Notes: generated by a model from the letters alone, not told the origin. Shown: positions 11,508-21,634, counted from the first letter of the stretch. The stretch: DNA of 64,000 bases from Colwellia psychrerythraea (GCA_002163005.1 MAAF01000024.1:1933-65932), one strand, 5' to 3'. Translations and numbers: made by a program.

Positions 11508-12233
11508 ATGGCAGGATTCGACAAAGTAGTATCAAGCTATGAGGAAGCCATGGCTGGACTAACAGATAACATGACCGTTATTGCAGGTGGTTTTGGTTTA
11601 TGTGGTATCCCTGAAAACTTGATCAGTGAAATCAAACGCAAAGGCACTAAAGGTTTGACCTTAGTTTCTAATAATTGTGGTGTTGATGATTTTGGTTTAG
11701 GTGTTTTATTATCTGATCGACAAATAAAAAAAATTGTTGCCTCTTATGTTGGTGAGAATGCTGAATTTGAACGTCAAATGATGGCAGGAGAACTAGAAGT
11801 AGAATTAACACCACAAGGTACGCTTGCAGAAAAGATGCGCGCTGGTGGTGCCGGTATTCCAGCTTTTTACACTGCAACTGGTGTTGGTACGCCAGTAGCT
11901 GAAGGCAAAGATGAACGAACATTTAATGACCGTCAGTATATTTTAGAAGAAGCCATTACTGGTGACTTTGCCATTGTCAAAGCATGGAAAGCTGATAGAT
12001 ACGGTAATTTAGTTTTTAGAAAAACGGCGCGAAACTTTAATCCTATGGCGGCAACCGCAGGTAAAATTACGGTGGTTGAGGTAGAAGAAATAGTTGAAGT
12101 GGGTGAGTTAGATCCAGACCAAATTCATACACCTGGTATTTATGTTGATCGCCTAATTCTAGGCACTTTCGAAAAACGCATCGAACAACGCACTACGCGT
12201 CCATCAGACAAGCACGAAGCAAAGGGAGAATAA
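11508..12233 (+). CDS. scoA: Succinyl-CoA:3-ketoacid CoA transferase subunit A
   Basis: 241 aa; [22 protein letters not shown]. Confidence 0.9.
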   Translation: MAGFDKVVSSYEEAMAGLTDNMTVIAGGFGLCGIPENLISEIKRKGTKGLTLVSNNCGVDDFGLGVLLSDRQIKKIVASYVGENAEFERQMMAGELEVELTPQGTLAEKMRAGGAGIPAFYTATGVGTPVAEGKDERTFNDRQYILEEAITGDFAIVKAWKADRYGNLVFRKTARNFNPMAATAGKITVVEVEEIVEVGELDPDQIHTPGIYVDRLILGTFEKRIEQRTTRPSDKHEAKGE

Positions 12234-12235
12234 TC

Positions 12236-12892
12236 ATGGCTTTAACAAGAGAACAAATAGCCCAGCGTGTCGCCCAAGAACTAAAGGATGGTTATTACGT
12301 TAATTTAGGCATAGGTATCCCTACCCTTGTTGCAAACTATGTTCCGCAAGATATTGAAGTGATGTTGCAATCAGAAAATGGTTTACTTGGTATGGGACAA
12401 TTTCCAACTGAAGAAGAAATTGACGCTGATCTGATTAATGCCGGCAAACAAACAGTCACTATGGCAACTGGTGCGTCTGTCTTTGACTCTGCAGAGTCTT
12501 TTGCCATGATACGAGGCGGCCATGTAGATTTAACTGTTCTGGGCGCATTTGAAGTCGATGTTAACGGTAATATTGCTTCGTATATGATCCCAGGTAAATT
12601 GATCAAAGGCATGGGCGGCGCTATGGATTTAGTGGCTGGTGCAGATAATATTATTGTCACCATGACACATGCTTCTAAGCATGGCGTATCAAAGCTACTT
12701 AATAGCTGTTCTTTGCCGTTAACTGGTAAAGGTTGCATTAAGAAAGTATTAACTGATTTAGCTTTTATTGAAATTAAAGAAGGTAAGTTTCATTTACTTG
12801 AACGTGCCCCTGGTGTTTCAGTTGAAGAAATAATTAAGTTAACTGAAGGCGAACTTGTTGTGACTGGTGATATACCAGAGATGAAGTTTTAA
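12236..12892 (+). CDS. scoB: Succinyl-CoA:3-ketoacid CoA transferase subunit B
   Basis: 218 aa; NLGIGIP, SENG catalytic Glu, GMGGAMDL. Confidence 0.9.
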   Translation: MALTREQIAQRVAQELKDGYYVNLGIGIPTLVANYVPQDIEVMLQSENGLLGMGQFPTEEEIDADLINAGKQTVTMATGASVFDSAESFAMIRGGHVDLTVLGAFEVDVNGNIASYMIPGKLIKGMGGAMDLVAGADNIIVTMTHASKHGVSKLLNSCSLPLTGKGCIKKVLTDLAFIEIKEGKFHLLERAPGVSVEEIIKLTEGELVVTGDIPEMKF

Positions 12893-12969
12893 TTCTATAG
12901 TACTTTGTAACTAAGTAACACCTTATTTCTGAGCGAAAGCAAAGAGATGCATTGTTCTGAAAAATCAAC

Positions 12970-13004
12970 AAAAAGGTAATAGGAATCAAACCATTACCTT
13001 TTTT
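12970..13004 (+). terminator. Intrinsic terminator after scoB
   Basis: AAAAAGGTAAT / ATTACCTTTTT stem with T-run. Confidence 0.6.
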
Positions 13005-13114
13005 ATTTACACGTTTAGTCTAGTATTATTTCCATTTCCTCTCCCATTTTATGTTGCCCTCTAGCCCATTTCACTTGCACTTTGGTAACAATTACGTGAT
13101 ACTAATTTTGACAA

Positions 13115-13212
13115 AGAAAAGGCAAAGCACGCGAAAACGTGTCACGCAAAACCACCGGTCTAAGGGTAAAGTTTAATTATTTCTACTTTATCTATGACAG
13201 CGGAGTCACCTC
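13115..13212 (+). ncRNA. Cyclic di-GMP-I (GEMM) riboswitch
   Basis: GGCAAA-gcacg-cGAAAa-cgtgt-cACGCAAAAccaCCG-GTC-TAA-GGGTAAAGT...ACTTTATC-tat-GAC-AG-CGGagtcACC: P2 with GAAA loop, conserved GCAAA junctions, TAA receptor and P3 pairings all visible; in the leader of the 13272 CDS. Confidence 0.85.
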
Positions 13213-13271
13213 GTTAATAGGTACATCCCGTGGTTTTTTCTTTTATTAACTCCATTATTAAGGTTTATAAA

Positions 13272-13631
13272 ATGAAAAAATTATTAATAGCTTCAACCAT
13301 CACAGCTTTAACATTAACCTCTGCACTAACGACACCAAAGGCACAAGCTGCTGACATTGCAACAAGTATATGTGAGTACGTGGCAGCCGATGACAAGAAA
13401 CGCATGCGTTCATTTTTAAAGACTAATAAACTTAAAATTCGTCGTATTTTCGACGGTATTCAGTGTAATGGTAAGAACTTATTAGAGTTTGCATCAACCT
13501 CTGGCTCCGTAAAAACTGGCTCTTTGATGATTTCAAAATTACCAAAGAAAGTAGTTTCTGCGAACCTAGCGTTTCTTCAAACTGGATCGCAACCATTGAT
13601 AGACGCTGCCAACGCTCGCGTTAGCAGTTAA
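13272..13631 (+). CDS. Small secreted protein, DUF3718-like
   Basis: Signal peptide MKKLLIASTITALTLTSALTTPKAQA then ADIATSICEYV...IQCNGKNLLEFA with two Cys; ATG at 13272 preferred over the track's GTG at 13230. Confidence 0.75.
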   Translation: MKKLLIASTITALTLTSALTTPKAQAADIATSICEYVAADDKKRMRSFLKTNKLKIRRIFDGIQCNGKNLLEFASTSGSVKTGSLMISKLPKKVVSANLAFLQTGSQPLIDAANARVSS

Positions 13632-13720
13632 AATTATTTTAAAGTAGACCTTAATACCTTTTAGCAATGAAAATGGATGAGTAAAAGCTATACTATTTAA
13701 TAATTCTATGTCATTTGATA

Positions 13721-13747
13721 AAAAGCCAGCTTTGCTGGCTTTTTTTT
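13721..13747 (+). terminator. Intrinsic terminator after the DUF3718-like gene
   Basis: AAAAGCCAGC-TTT-GCTGGCTTTTTTTT. Confidence 0.8.
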
Positions 13748-13875
13748 GTCTAAAGCTCTACTCATCCCTAATAATAATCCTATCAATGCCTAGCGAAGTA
13801 AATCAAAAGCACTTACACTTAAGTCATTGAAGCCGATTAATAAATTACTGTTTAAAAATAAAAAAATCATTATCT

Positions 13876-15027
13876 ATGACACTAAAAAGAAACTATCTTA
13901 ATAATAAAAACGCCTTGGTGTTAACGGGAGGTGGTGCCCGTGCAGCCTATCAAGTTGGTGTTTTATCAGCTATTTCAAAATTTATCCCTAGAAATCATGG
14001 TATTCCCTTTTCTATCCTTTCAGGCACTTCCGCTGGAGCGATTAATACCACCTCATTAGCTTGTTATGCATCATGCTTTCAATTAGGGGTTAAAAAGCTG
14101 GAATGGGCCTGGAAGAATTTCAATATATCAAGTATCTACCATAGTGATCCGCTCAATGTATTTAGTCATATAACTCAAGGGATGTTAGCTAGTTTCCAAG
14201 CTGATTATGCGAATAAAAACCCTCAGAGTTTACTTAATAACGCCCCTCTTAGAGCATTACTTAACCAAATCCTCGACTTTAATCGCATTGATAATAATAT
14301 AGCGCGCGGCTACTTATCAGCTGTATCAATTACGGCATCAAGTTATAGCAATGGTGATTCGATTAGCTTTTATCAATCAGATGGTTTAGCACTACCTTGG
14401 TCCCGCGTTAAAAGACGTGGTGAATTATGCCAGTTAAACACAGAGCACTTAATGGCTTCAGCTGCAATTCCCATGGTTTTTCCTTCGGTTAAAATTAAGA
14501 ACCAACACTTTGGTGATGGTTCAGTGCATCAACTTTCCCCATTGAGTCCAGCGATACATTTAGGCGCAAAAAAAATCTTTGTGATTGGTGTAGATCAACC
14601 AAAGGAGCCTCTACATGCAAGAGAAAACACACCTCATCCTCCAAGCTCAGCAACTATCGCGGGTCATCTACTCGATTCCATTTTTTCAGATACCATGCAT
14701 AGCGATCTTGAACGTATGGCACGTATAAACGAAACACTTAAGTTGATATCAGCTCAAAATAGAAAGGAAAACGAGGGATTACAGCATATAGATAGTTTCG
14801 TTATTAATCCTAGCCATGATTTTAATGAGATTGCGGCGCAGTATTATTATGACTTGCCCTTATCTATTCGCTTGCTATTACGTTGCGCAGGCATAGGAAA
14901 CGATTCTGAGTCAAGTCTTGTCAGCTATTTATTATTTGAAAAGAATTTTTGTGGAGAATTAATAAGATTAGGGTTTGCTGATGCAATGGAGCAAGAACAG
15001 ACCATTAGAAGCTTTCTTGATATATGA
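13876..15027 (+). CDS. Patatin-like phospholipase
   Basis: 383 aa; GGGARAAY, GTSAG nucleophile, DGS motif. Confidence 0.88.
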   Translation: MTLKRNYLNNKNALVLTGGGARAAYQVGVLSAISKFIPRNHGIPFSILSGTSAGAINTTSLACYASCFQLGVKKLEWAWKNFNISSIYHSDPLNVFSHITQGMLASFQADYANKNPQSLLNNAPLRALLNQILDFNRIDNNIARGYLSAVSITASSYSNGDSISFYQSDGLALPWSRVKRRGELCQLNTEHLMASAAIPMVFPSVKIKNQHFGDGSVHQLSPLSPAIHLGAKKIFVIGVDQPKEPLHARENTPHPPSSATIAGHLLDSIFSDTMHSDLERMARINETLKLISAQNRKENEGLQHIDSFVINPSHDFNEIAAQYYYDLPLSIRLLLRCAGIGNDSESSLVSYLLFEKNFCGELIRLGFADAMEQEQTIRSFLDI

Positions 15028-15218
15028 TCATGCTAAGGTAGGCTTTAGAGTGAAAGTTTAGCTATTCCCCTAAAGGCACCATCTTAGGATCTATCTTCTT
15101 AGAGAAATCTATTTAGAGCTAATTATTTTAAGAGCAGTTCTCACTTATTAAAGGATATTGCTCTTATTAAAAATACTGTTCTTTTCCTAAAGAAGATAAT
15201 AGTTGTTCTATTAAAAAA

Positions 15219-17186
15219 TTACTTACCCTCTTGTGCATAATGATCTGCCTTTTCTACTCCTCTAGGCTTACCGCGGATAATCAGGGTATCTTGAGATTGT
15301 AAAATAGTATTTTCCTCTGGTGATTCACATTCAATCTCACCACGGCGTAAAGCAACAACATTCACCTTCATTTTCCCAAGATTTAATGACTCAATGCTTT
15401 TACCACAACCAAAAGAATCATCATTAATTAAAATCGCGTGAGCAAATTCAATTCTATCTATCGCTTGTGGGCTCATATCAGTGTGCTCTCCCTGAAAGAA
15501 ACCATGCAAGTGATTATAATGGTTTTTACGTTCTTTTTGTACACGACGCATAATGCGAGAAAATGGCACACCTGTAAGCGATAGCACTTGTGAAACTAAC
15601 ATCAAACTACCTTCTAAGCTTTCCGGCACAACCTCATTAGCGCCCGCCGCCTGTAGCGCATCAAGCTGGTCATCATTACGAGTTCTTACCAAAATAGGGA
15701 CATCTTCATTCATGCTTCTAATTTTTTGAATCACCTCTAGTGATTGCTTATCATCACCAAAAGCAATGACTACTAACTTAGCTTCAGATAAATGAGCCGC
15801 ATTAAGGACTTCAGTTTGTCTAGATGAACCAAAGAGTACTTTCTCTCCTGCTTCTCTCGCTTTTTGAGTACGAAGTGGATCAACATCGATGGCAACGAAA
15901 TCTATTTCGTCTTGTTTTAAAAATCGACTGACTGTTTGTCCTACTCGGCCAAAACCACAGATAACAACATGATTTTCTAATACTTTATTTTCAGGTAATT
16001 GCGATAAATCGAGCGATTCCGGTGATTTTTCTTGACTCAAAAATAGTGCCCAAGATCTGGCGTTGTTGATCATAAAAGGAGTAATCGCCATACTGATAAC
16101 ACCTGCGCCAAGTAACATTGAAGCAACATCTAGCGGCAAGATTTGACTTTGATTTGCTAACGCTATTAACACAAAACCAAACTCCCCCATTTGCGCCAGC
16201 ATTAAGCCCGATGCCCAAGCATCTTTACTCGATTCGCCAGCCTTAACCGCAAGGATTTTAATAACCATAATTTTGACTAGCATAAAGCAGAGCATCAGCC
16301 CTAATAAGCTAAATGGTGATGAGATTAATAAATTCACGTCAAGTTTCATACCGACAGTGATGAAAAATAAGCCGAGTAATATATCTCGATAAGGCCTGAT
16401 ATCAGCTTCAAGTTGATGTTTATACTCACTCTCACTTAACATCATACCAGCAAGAAAAGCACCTAACGCCATTGATAAACCAAACCATTGGGTGAAAGCT
16501 GAGGCTAATAAAGTCACTAATAAAGTGGTTAACACAAAGAGTTCATCAGTACGCACTTGCGCAATAATGTTAAATACTTTTGGTAGTAACCACTTACCAA
16601 TTAATAATAATAATGCGACAACCACGACACCTTTCACCATGGCTAGCATTAACGCCCAGACCATAGAGCTTTGACTATCCATAGCCAACATAGGAATAAT
16701 GATTAATAACGGTACAACAGCAACATCTTGAAACAGTAAAATGGCGACCGATAGCTGGCCCGATTTTCGTTTCATGGCACCAGTTTCACTTAGCTGCCTG
16801 ATAACAATAGCGGTTGAAGAGAGTGCGAGTATACTGCCAACAACAAAAGCTTCAGAAAAACTTAAGCCAAAAAACAGCCCTGCAATATTAAAGACAAGCA
16901 GTGAAATCCCTACTTGCAAGCTACCTACAGAGACCACCAAATGGCGCATAGCCATTAATCGTGGTAATGAGAATTCAAGCCCTAAAGTAAAGAGTAAAAA
17001 TACAATACCCAGTTCGGCAAAGTGATCATAATCGACTTGGTCATGAACTATATTTAAACCATGTTGACCAACAACCATGCCTGCGACTAAGTAAGCTAAA
17101 ATCGCTGGTAAATTTAGCCGACGAAAAAGCCATACCACAAATACAGCACAGGTTAATATCGCAAGTATTTCAAAATAACCGCTCAC
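15219..17186 (-). CDS. CPA2-family monovalent cation/H+ antiporter with RCK (TrkA-N/TrkA-C) domains
   Basis: 655 aa; hydrophobic N-half with LLFQD, GFGRVG Rossmann motif, C-terminal TrkA-C-like region; GTG start with AAGGA RBS. Confidence 0.88.
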   Translation of the reverse strand: MSGYFEILAILTCAVFVVWLFRRLNLPAILAYLVAGMVVGQHGLNIVHDQVDYDHFAELGIVFLLFTLGLEFSLPRLMAMRHLVVSVGSLQVGISLLVFNIAGLFFGLSFSEAFVVGSILALSSTAIVIRQLSETGAMKRKSGQLSVAILLFQDVAVVPLLIIIPMLAMDSQSSMVWALMLAMVKGVVVVALLLLIGKWLLPKVFNIIAQVRTDELFVLTTLLVTLLASAFTQWFGLSMALGAFLAGMMLSESEYKHQLEADIRPYRDILLGLFFITVGMKLDVNLLISSPFSLLGLMLCFMLVKIMVIKILAVKAGESSKDAWASGLMLAQMGEFGFVLIALANQSQILPLDVASMLLGAGVISMAITPFMINNARSWALFLSQEKSPESLDLSQLPENKVLENHVVICGFGRVGQTVSRFLKQDEIDFVAIDVDPLRTQKAREAGEKVLFGSSRQTEVLNAAHLSEAKLVVIAFGDDKQSLEVIQKIRSMNEDVPILVRTRNDDQLDALQAAGANEVVPESLEGSLMLVSQVLSLTGVPFSRIMRRVQKERKNHYNHLHGFFQGEHTDMSPQAIDRIEFAHAILINDDSFGCGKSIESLNLGKMKVNVVALRRGEIECESPEENTILQSQDTLIIRGKPRGVEKADHYAQEGK

Positions 17187-17261
17187 ACAACTTCCTTTCG
17201 TTTGCTTTGATAATTTTAGATGTGGTCAATAACATCGCTAAGATTTAGCCTCATTTGCCAA

Positions 17262-17279
17262 GCGGCAAAATATTGCCGC
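17262..17279. promoter_or_regulatory. Palindrome, candidate enhancer-binding-protein site
   Basis: GCGGCAA-AATA-TTGCCGC, about 160 bp upstream of a sigma54 -24/-12 element. Confidence 0.4.
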
Positions 17280-17434
17280 CCACATTATGACTCAAGTGAA
17301 AAACTGATAATCTATTCATAGTTTACCTAGCCTTAAAGTATATTAACAACAAAAATAATTCACATTTCAATCAGTAAATATATTTCATCGAAAATTAGTA
17401 GCATTAACCTGAAAAAAAACGAACTTTTATTAAG

Positions 17435-17450
17435 TGGTACGTTTATTGCT
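17435..17450 (+). promoter_or_regulatory. Sigma54 (-24/-12) promoter of the GGDEF gene
   Basis: TGGTAC-GTTTA-TTGCT with exact GG-N10-GC spacing, about 100 bp upstream of ATG 17548. Confidence 0.6.
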
Positions 17451-17547
17451 TTTATCATAATAGCTAAAAAATACCGTCAAAATATGCTCTTAGAGCAACC
17501 ATTTTTTGTCAATTGACGCTATAAGATAAAGTTAATGAGGTTGTCGT

Positions 17548-18465
17548 ATGCAAACACTGAACGTACTTGATAATAGGTTTTCACCATTCAATACCTATAG
17601 CACATTAAGCACAGATGCACTTGTTGCTGAAACTTTTACGGATACTGTTTTTGATAAACGTCAAATGTTAGCACTGATGACGCAGTTACAAACTACACTT
17701 GATATTGATGAACTATTAAATATTTTTGCAATAGAAGTTACACGGTATATTGATTTTTCGGGCCTCTACTTTAAAAGCCTGAATTTGAATACTGTGCTTC
17801 CCGGCAGCAGAAAGGCTAAGAAAGAGCAGCGTTTCGAGTTAAAAGTTGATGATAATTTTATAGGTACACTCACCTATGGTATTAATAGCCCTATCAGCTT
17901 AACTAACTTTAAAGTTTTAGAACAACTTCACCAATGCCTATTACACCCGATTAAAAATGCCATTGCTTATCATGCAGCGATGCAACTTGCTATGCAAGAC
18001 GGTTTAACGGGCCTAGGTAATCGTCGATATTTTGACGAGCAATTAAAACGATCAATGCATAACGCTAACCGACATCATAGTTTGGTTGGCTTAGTTTTAG
18101 GTGATTTAAATAAATTCAAAGCGATTAACGATACTTATGGTCACATTGCTGGAGATAATGTATTACAAGAGTTTGCTAATGTTTTACGTCTATGTACCCG
18201 AGACTCAGATAGCCTATTTAGGTTTGGCGGAGATGAATTTGCAATAATTGTCGAAAATGCTAACGATTCCGCTTTAACCATCATTGAAAACAGAATAAAC
18301 CTGTCGCTGGCTAATAATCTACAATTAAATAAATACCAACTTGGTTGTAGTATAGGCTCAACGTTTATGAACAGAGCAGATAATGAATTAAGCTTTTTTG
18401 AGCGAGCAGACGAAATACTTTACCGCAGAAAGATGAAAGTATCTACGCACTTAAGTGTTGTCTAA
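17548..18465 (+). CDS. Diguanylate cyclase (GGDEF)
   Basis: 305 aa; DGLTGLGNRR, DLNKFKAINDTYGH, RDSD I-site five residues before intact GGDEF; no obvious TM segment. Confidence 0.9.
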   Translation: MQTLNVLDNRFSPFNTYSTLSTDALVAETFTDTVFDKRQMLALMTQLQTTLDIDELLNIFAIEVTRYIDFSGLYFKSLNLNTVLPGSRKAKKEQRFELKVDDNFIGTLTYGINSPISLTNFKVLEQLHQCLLHPIKNAIAYHAAMQLAMQDGLTGLGNRRYFDEQLKRSMHNANRHHSLVGLVLGDLNKFKAINDTYGHIAGDNVLQEFANVLRLCTRDSDSLFRFGGDEFAIIVENANDSALTIIENRINLSLANNLQLNKYQLGCSIGSTFMNRADNELSFFERADEILYRRKMKVSTHLSVV

Positions 18466-18500
18466 GCTTCTACAATTACCAAGTAATCGAGAAGTAATCA

Positions 18501-19244
18501 CTAACCTTTAGCGATTAGCGCCTTGAAAGCCACTTTACGCTCGTTTGGGCTGGCATTAACCAATAACCGACAAAAACGGACCGCTTGGGCAAATGATTTC
18601 TCATCAATACCACCATTGTCCAAGTGTTGTAAAACAGCGGTAACATAGTGTTCATCTAATAAAAATATCTTTGCATAATGGGCAATAGCATCAGATAAAG
18701 AGGGATACAATACACCGTCAAAGTTAAAGGTCTCGACTTCTAGTTCTTCGAGATCAACCTCTTCAAGTTCAATACCATTAGCTACCAGTGGCCAACCTAA
18801 ATAGCTGACTCTCGCCTTTGCCACTTGATACATAAACCAGGCACTTCGAGCAAAACCAGAAAAATTCCCTTGGTCAAATTCACTGGTTGCCAGCTCTTCC
18901 TCTGTCCAATTAACACCAATAGCAAGGTCTTTAGCATAGCGCTTTAATAGCTGTTTCTTTACATAACCTTTGGCTGCTAAAATTGTATTTTCTTTGGCTT
19001 TATTTGCAAGTTGCTGGCATTCGCGACAACTAGGAACAGAGATTGCGGGATATGAACTTGAGAGTGACAAGTACTTATCACTCTCATCAGGAAAAAGGGA
19101 ACTATAAGATTGAAAAATAAAAACAACATGGCTAGGCTCACCACAAAACCAGCAACAATGCCTTTTATCAAAAGGCGTTTCTGTCATCACTACGGCTGTT
19201 GCCACTGGTTTTACTAACTTACTATTAACATGTTGATCAGACAA
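18501..19244 (-). CDS. Hypothetical protein with paired CxxC motifs
   Basis: 247 aa ORF (TTG; alternative ATG at 19187); CCWFCGEP and CRECQQ; starts 3 nt after the helicase stop. Confidence 0.65.
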   Translation of the reverse strand: MSDQHVNSKLVKPVATAVVMTETPFDKRHCCWFCGEPSHVVFIFQSYSSLFPDESDKYLSLSSSYPAISVPSCRECQQLANKAKENTILAAKGYVKKQLLKRYAKDLAIGVNWTEEELATSEFDQGNFSGFARSAWFMYQVAKARVSYLGWPLVANGIELEEVDLEELEVETFNFDGVLYPSLSDAIAHYAKIFLLDEHYVTAVLQHLDNGGIDEKSFAQAVRFCRLLVNASPNERKVAFKALIAKG

Positions 19245-19247
19245 ACT

Positions 19248-20615
19248 TTAGCGTTTTTTCTGAATTTTATTATTATATTTACTGTTAGTTCGTGCCGTTT
19301 TATTTTTACTTAGTTTTTTAATTTTTACGTCTTTTTTCGCTAAATTTTGATTCTTTTCTTGGGTTGCACGATACCTATTTTTACTATCACGCTTGACCGT
19401 TGCTTCTTGGTACTCACTAGCTTCTAGTCGGTTAAATTCATAACCAGGAGCTACAATACGTTCAAATTTACGTTCAATTAATTGCTCTATATTTTCTAAG
19501 AACCGCTCATCTTTAGGACTTACTAAAGAAATTGCCGTACCTGATTTACCCGCTCTACCCGTACGACCAACACGGTGGACATAATCTTCAGGTAAAAATG
19601 GTAAGTGAAAGTTAACAACATAAGCAAGATCTGGTATATCTAGTCCTCGAGCTGCAACATCTGTAGCGACTAATACACGTACTTTACCTTCACTAAACTG
19701 TTCTAATGCTTTATTTCTTGCGCCTTGAGTTTTATCACCATGACATAACGCGGCTTTGATTCCATCAAGCTTTAATTCTTTTGCTAACGTATTTGCACTT
19801 TCTTTTGTACCAGCAAACACCAGTACTTGCTGCCAATTATTCACGCCAATGAGTTCTGAAAGTAATTCTCGCTTACGTTCTTCGGTAACCCAATAAACGG
19901 CTTGTTTAATTTTACCCGAAGTCGTATTTTCTTTAGAAACACTGATTGTTTTTGGTGATTTCAATAACTGATTTGCTAACGATTTTACGCGGTCTGAAAA
20001 AGTTGCCGAAAACATCAACGTTTGATGCTTATGCTTAACAGCTAGCAATAATTTTTCAATATCGGTTAAAAAGCCCATGTCTAACATGCGATCAGCTTCA
20101 TCAAGCACAAGAAATTTTACTTGTGATAAATCAACATTGTGCAGAGCTAAGTGCTCTAACAAACGACCTGGTGTCGCCACTAATACATCAAGACCTTGTT
20201 TTAGCATCTTTGTTTGTGATGCCATTTTACCGCCACCATAAACCACACCACTTTTTATCGGTAGGTATTGGCTAAACTGTTTGATGTTATCGCTAACTTG
20301 ATTGGCAAGTTCACGGGTAGGTGTCAAAATCAACGCTCGAATTGCTTGTCCTGATGCGCTTTTTTCATCGCCAGAATTTTCATCTGTAGAAATAGCCGAA
20401 CTCTTGGCTGCATGATTGGCTTTGGCAATTGCATCTAAAATAGGTAAGCTAAAAGCAGCTGTTTTACCTGTGCCTGTTTGTGCGCTTGCTAAAAGGTCAA
20501 CGCCTTGGCGAATAACTGGAATTGCTTCTTGCTGAATTGGGGTTAAATTCTTATAACCACACGCCTTAACTGCTTTTAATAAATCTGCTGATAAGCCAAT
20601 TGCATCAACACTCAT
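19248..20615 (-). CDS. DEAD-box ATP-dependent RNA helicase
   Basis: 455 aa; Q motif, AQTGTGKT, PTRELA, DEAD, SAT, ARGLD, HRVGRTGR; basic C-tail. Confidence 0.95.
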   Translation of the reverse strand: MSVDAIGLSADLLKAVKACGYKNLTPIQQEAIPVIRQGVDLLASAQTGTGKTAAFSLPILDAIAKANHAAKSSAISTDENSGDEKSASGQAIRALILTPTRELANQVSDNIKQFSQYLPIKSGVVYGGGKMASQTKMLKQGLDVLVATPGRLLEHLALHNVDLSQVKFLVLDEADRMLDMGFLTDIEKLLLAVKHKHQTLMFSATFSDRVKSLANQLLKSPKTISVSKENTTSGKIKQAVYWVTEERKRELLSELIGVNNWQQVLVFAGTKESANTLAKELKLDGIKAALCHGDKTQGARNKALEQFSEGKVRVLVATDVAARGLDIPDLAYVVNFHLPFLPEDYVHRVGRTGRAGKSGTAISLVSPKDERFLENIEQLIERKFERIVAPGYEFNRLEASEYQEATVKRDSKNRYRATQEKNQNLAKKDVKIKKLSKNKTARTNSKYNNKIQKKR

Positions 20616-20986
20616 ATGTCACCTGAACCCTAAATAAACTTGTAAAATACTGAAATAGCATAATTGGCGCGGATTATAATACAAATTGTCGTTAAAAGCA
20701 GAACTAGTCTTGAAAAATTAGTTTGCATATTTAGTAAGAAGAGTTATTTTCAGGTGGATAAGTTAGGATTATCGGCATAAAAACACACCGAGAACGACTT
20801 AGTAGATTGTTAGTTACATTGAAAGTAATGTCGTTATCATCATAGTGAAATTAATTAGCCTCGCTTATCGCACTAAGTGCGAATAAACAAGGTAAGTTAT
20901 GCTCTAACTAAAATTTATGATTACTTCATTCATACTGAATTGATGAGAAGTTTACTGTAGTGTTTTTGATGTTTAAGATAAAAGCA

Positions 20987-21634
20987 TCAAACTAGAGACA
21001 ATGGCTCAATTTTAGTAATTGGCGCGCCAACACCCGCAGCAACATAAGGAATAACTCGCTCAATAACGCCGGCTATATCTAGCTTATTGTCAAAGTCGTT
21101 TTGAGCAATATCAATCAAAGCTTCACTTGAGGACATGGTAAAAACAATAGTACCCATCGTAAAATGTAAACGCCAAAATATTTCTTCTGCGCTTAATTCT
21201 GGGTAAGCTATGTTAACTGCTTTGGTAAAATTAGTAAAAACATCAGGGTATTGCGTTGTTAGAAACCACCGTAAAAAGCCCTGGCTGTCGGTATAGCCAC
21301 GTCCTAATAACTGCAAAAAAGTACTGGTACCATTTTCTTTAAACTCATTAAGGTGTAAAAGTGGCCCTATAAAAGCAGAGAACACCTCATGTAAGGTTGG
21401 TTTAAGCTCTGCTTGGCAAATGAGTGAAAGCGCTGACTCCAATCGAGGAGATAACTCATCCATGTAGCGTGACATAACCGCTTTAATTAACTCTTTTTTC
21501 GAGCCAAAATGATAGTTTACGGCCGCTAAGTTGACATTAGCTTGGCTAGTAATTTCTCTTAAGGAAGTACCATTAAAGCCTTTATTGGCAAAAAGTACAT
21601 CGGCGGCATCTAATATTTTATTTTTGGTACTCAT
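20987..21634 (-). CDS. psrA: TetR-family regulator, PsrA-like
   Basis: 215 aa; TetR HTH with VNLAAVNYHFGSK and FWRLHF...GT motif typical of PsrA; matching palindrome in its own leader. Confidence 0.75.
   Translation of the reverse strand: MSTKNKILDAADVLFANKGFNGTSLREITSQANVNLAAVNYHFGSKKELIKAVMSRYMDELSPRLESALSLICQAELKPTLHEVFSAFIGPLLHLNEFKENGTSTFLQLLGRGYTDSQGFLRWFLTTQYPDVFTNFTKAVNIAYPELSAEEIFWRLHFTMGTIVFTMSSSEALIDIAQNDFDNKLDIAGVIERVIPYVAAGVGAPITKIEPLSLV

Noticed and set aside
13876-15027. Patatin as a CBASS CapV-type effector
   Set aside because: No CD-NTase or cap accessory genes nearby; a stand-alone patatin in a housekeeping context.
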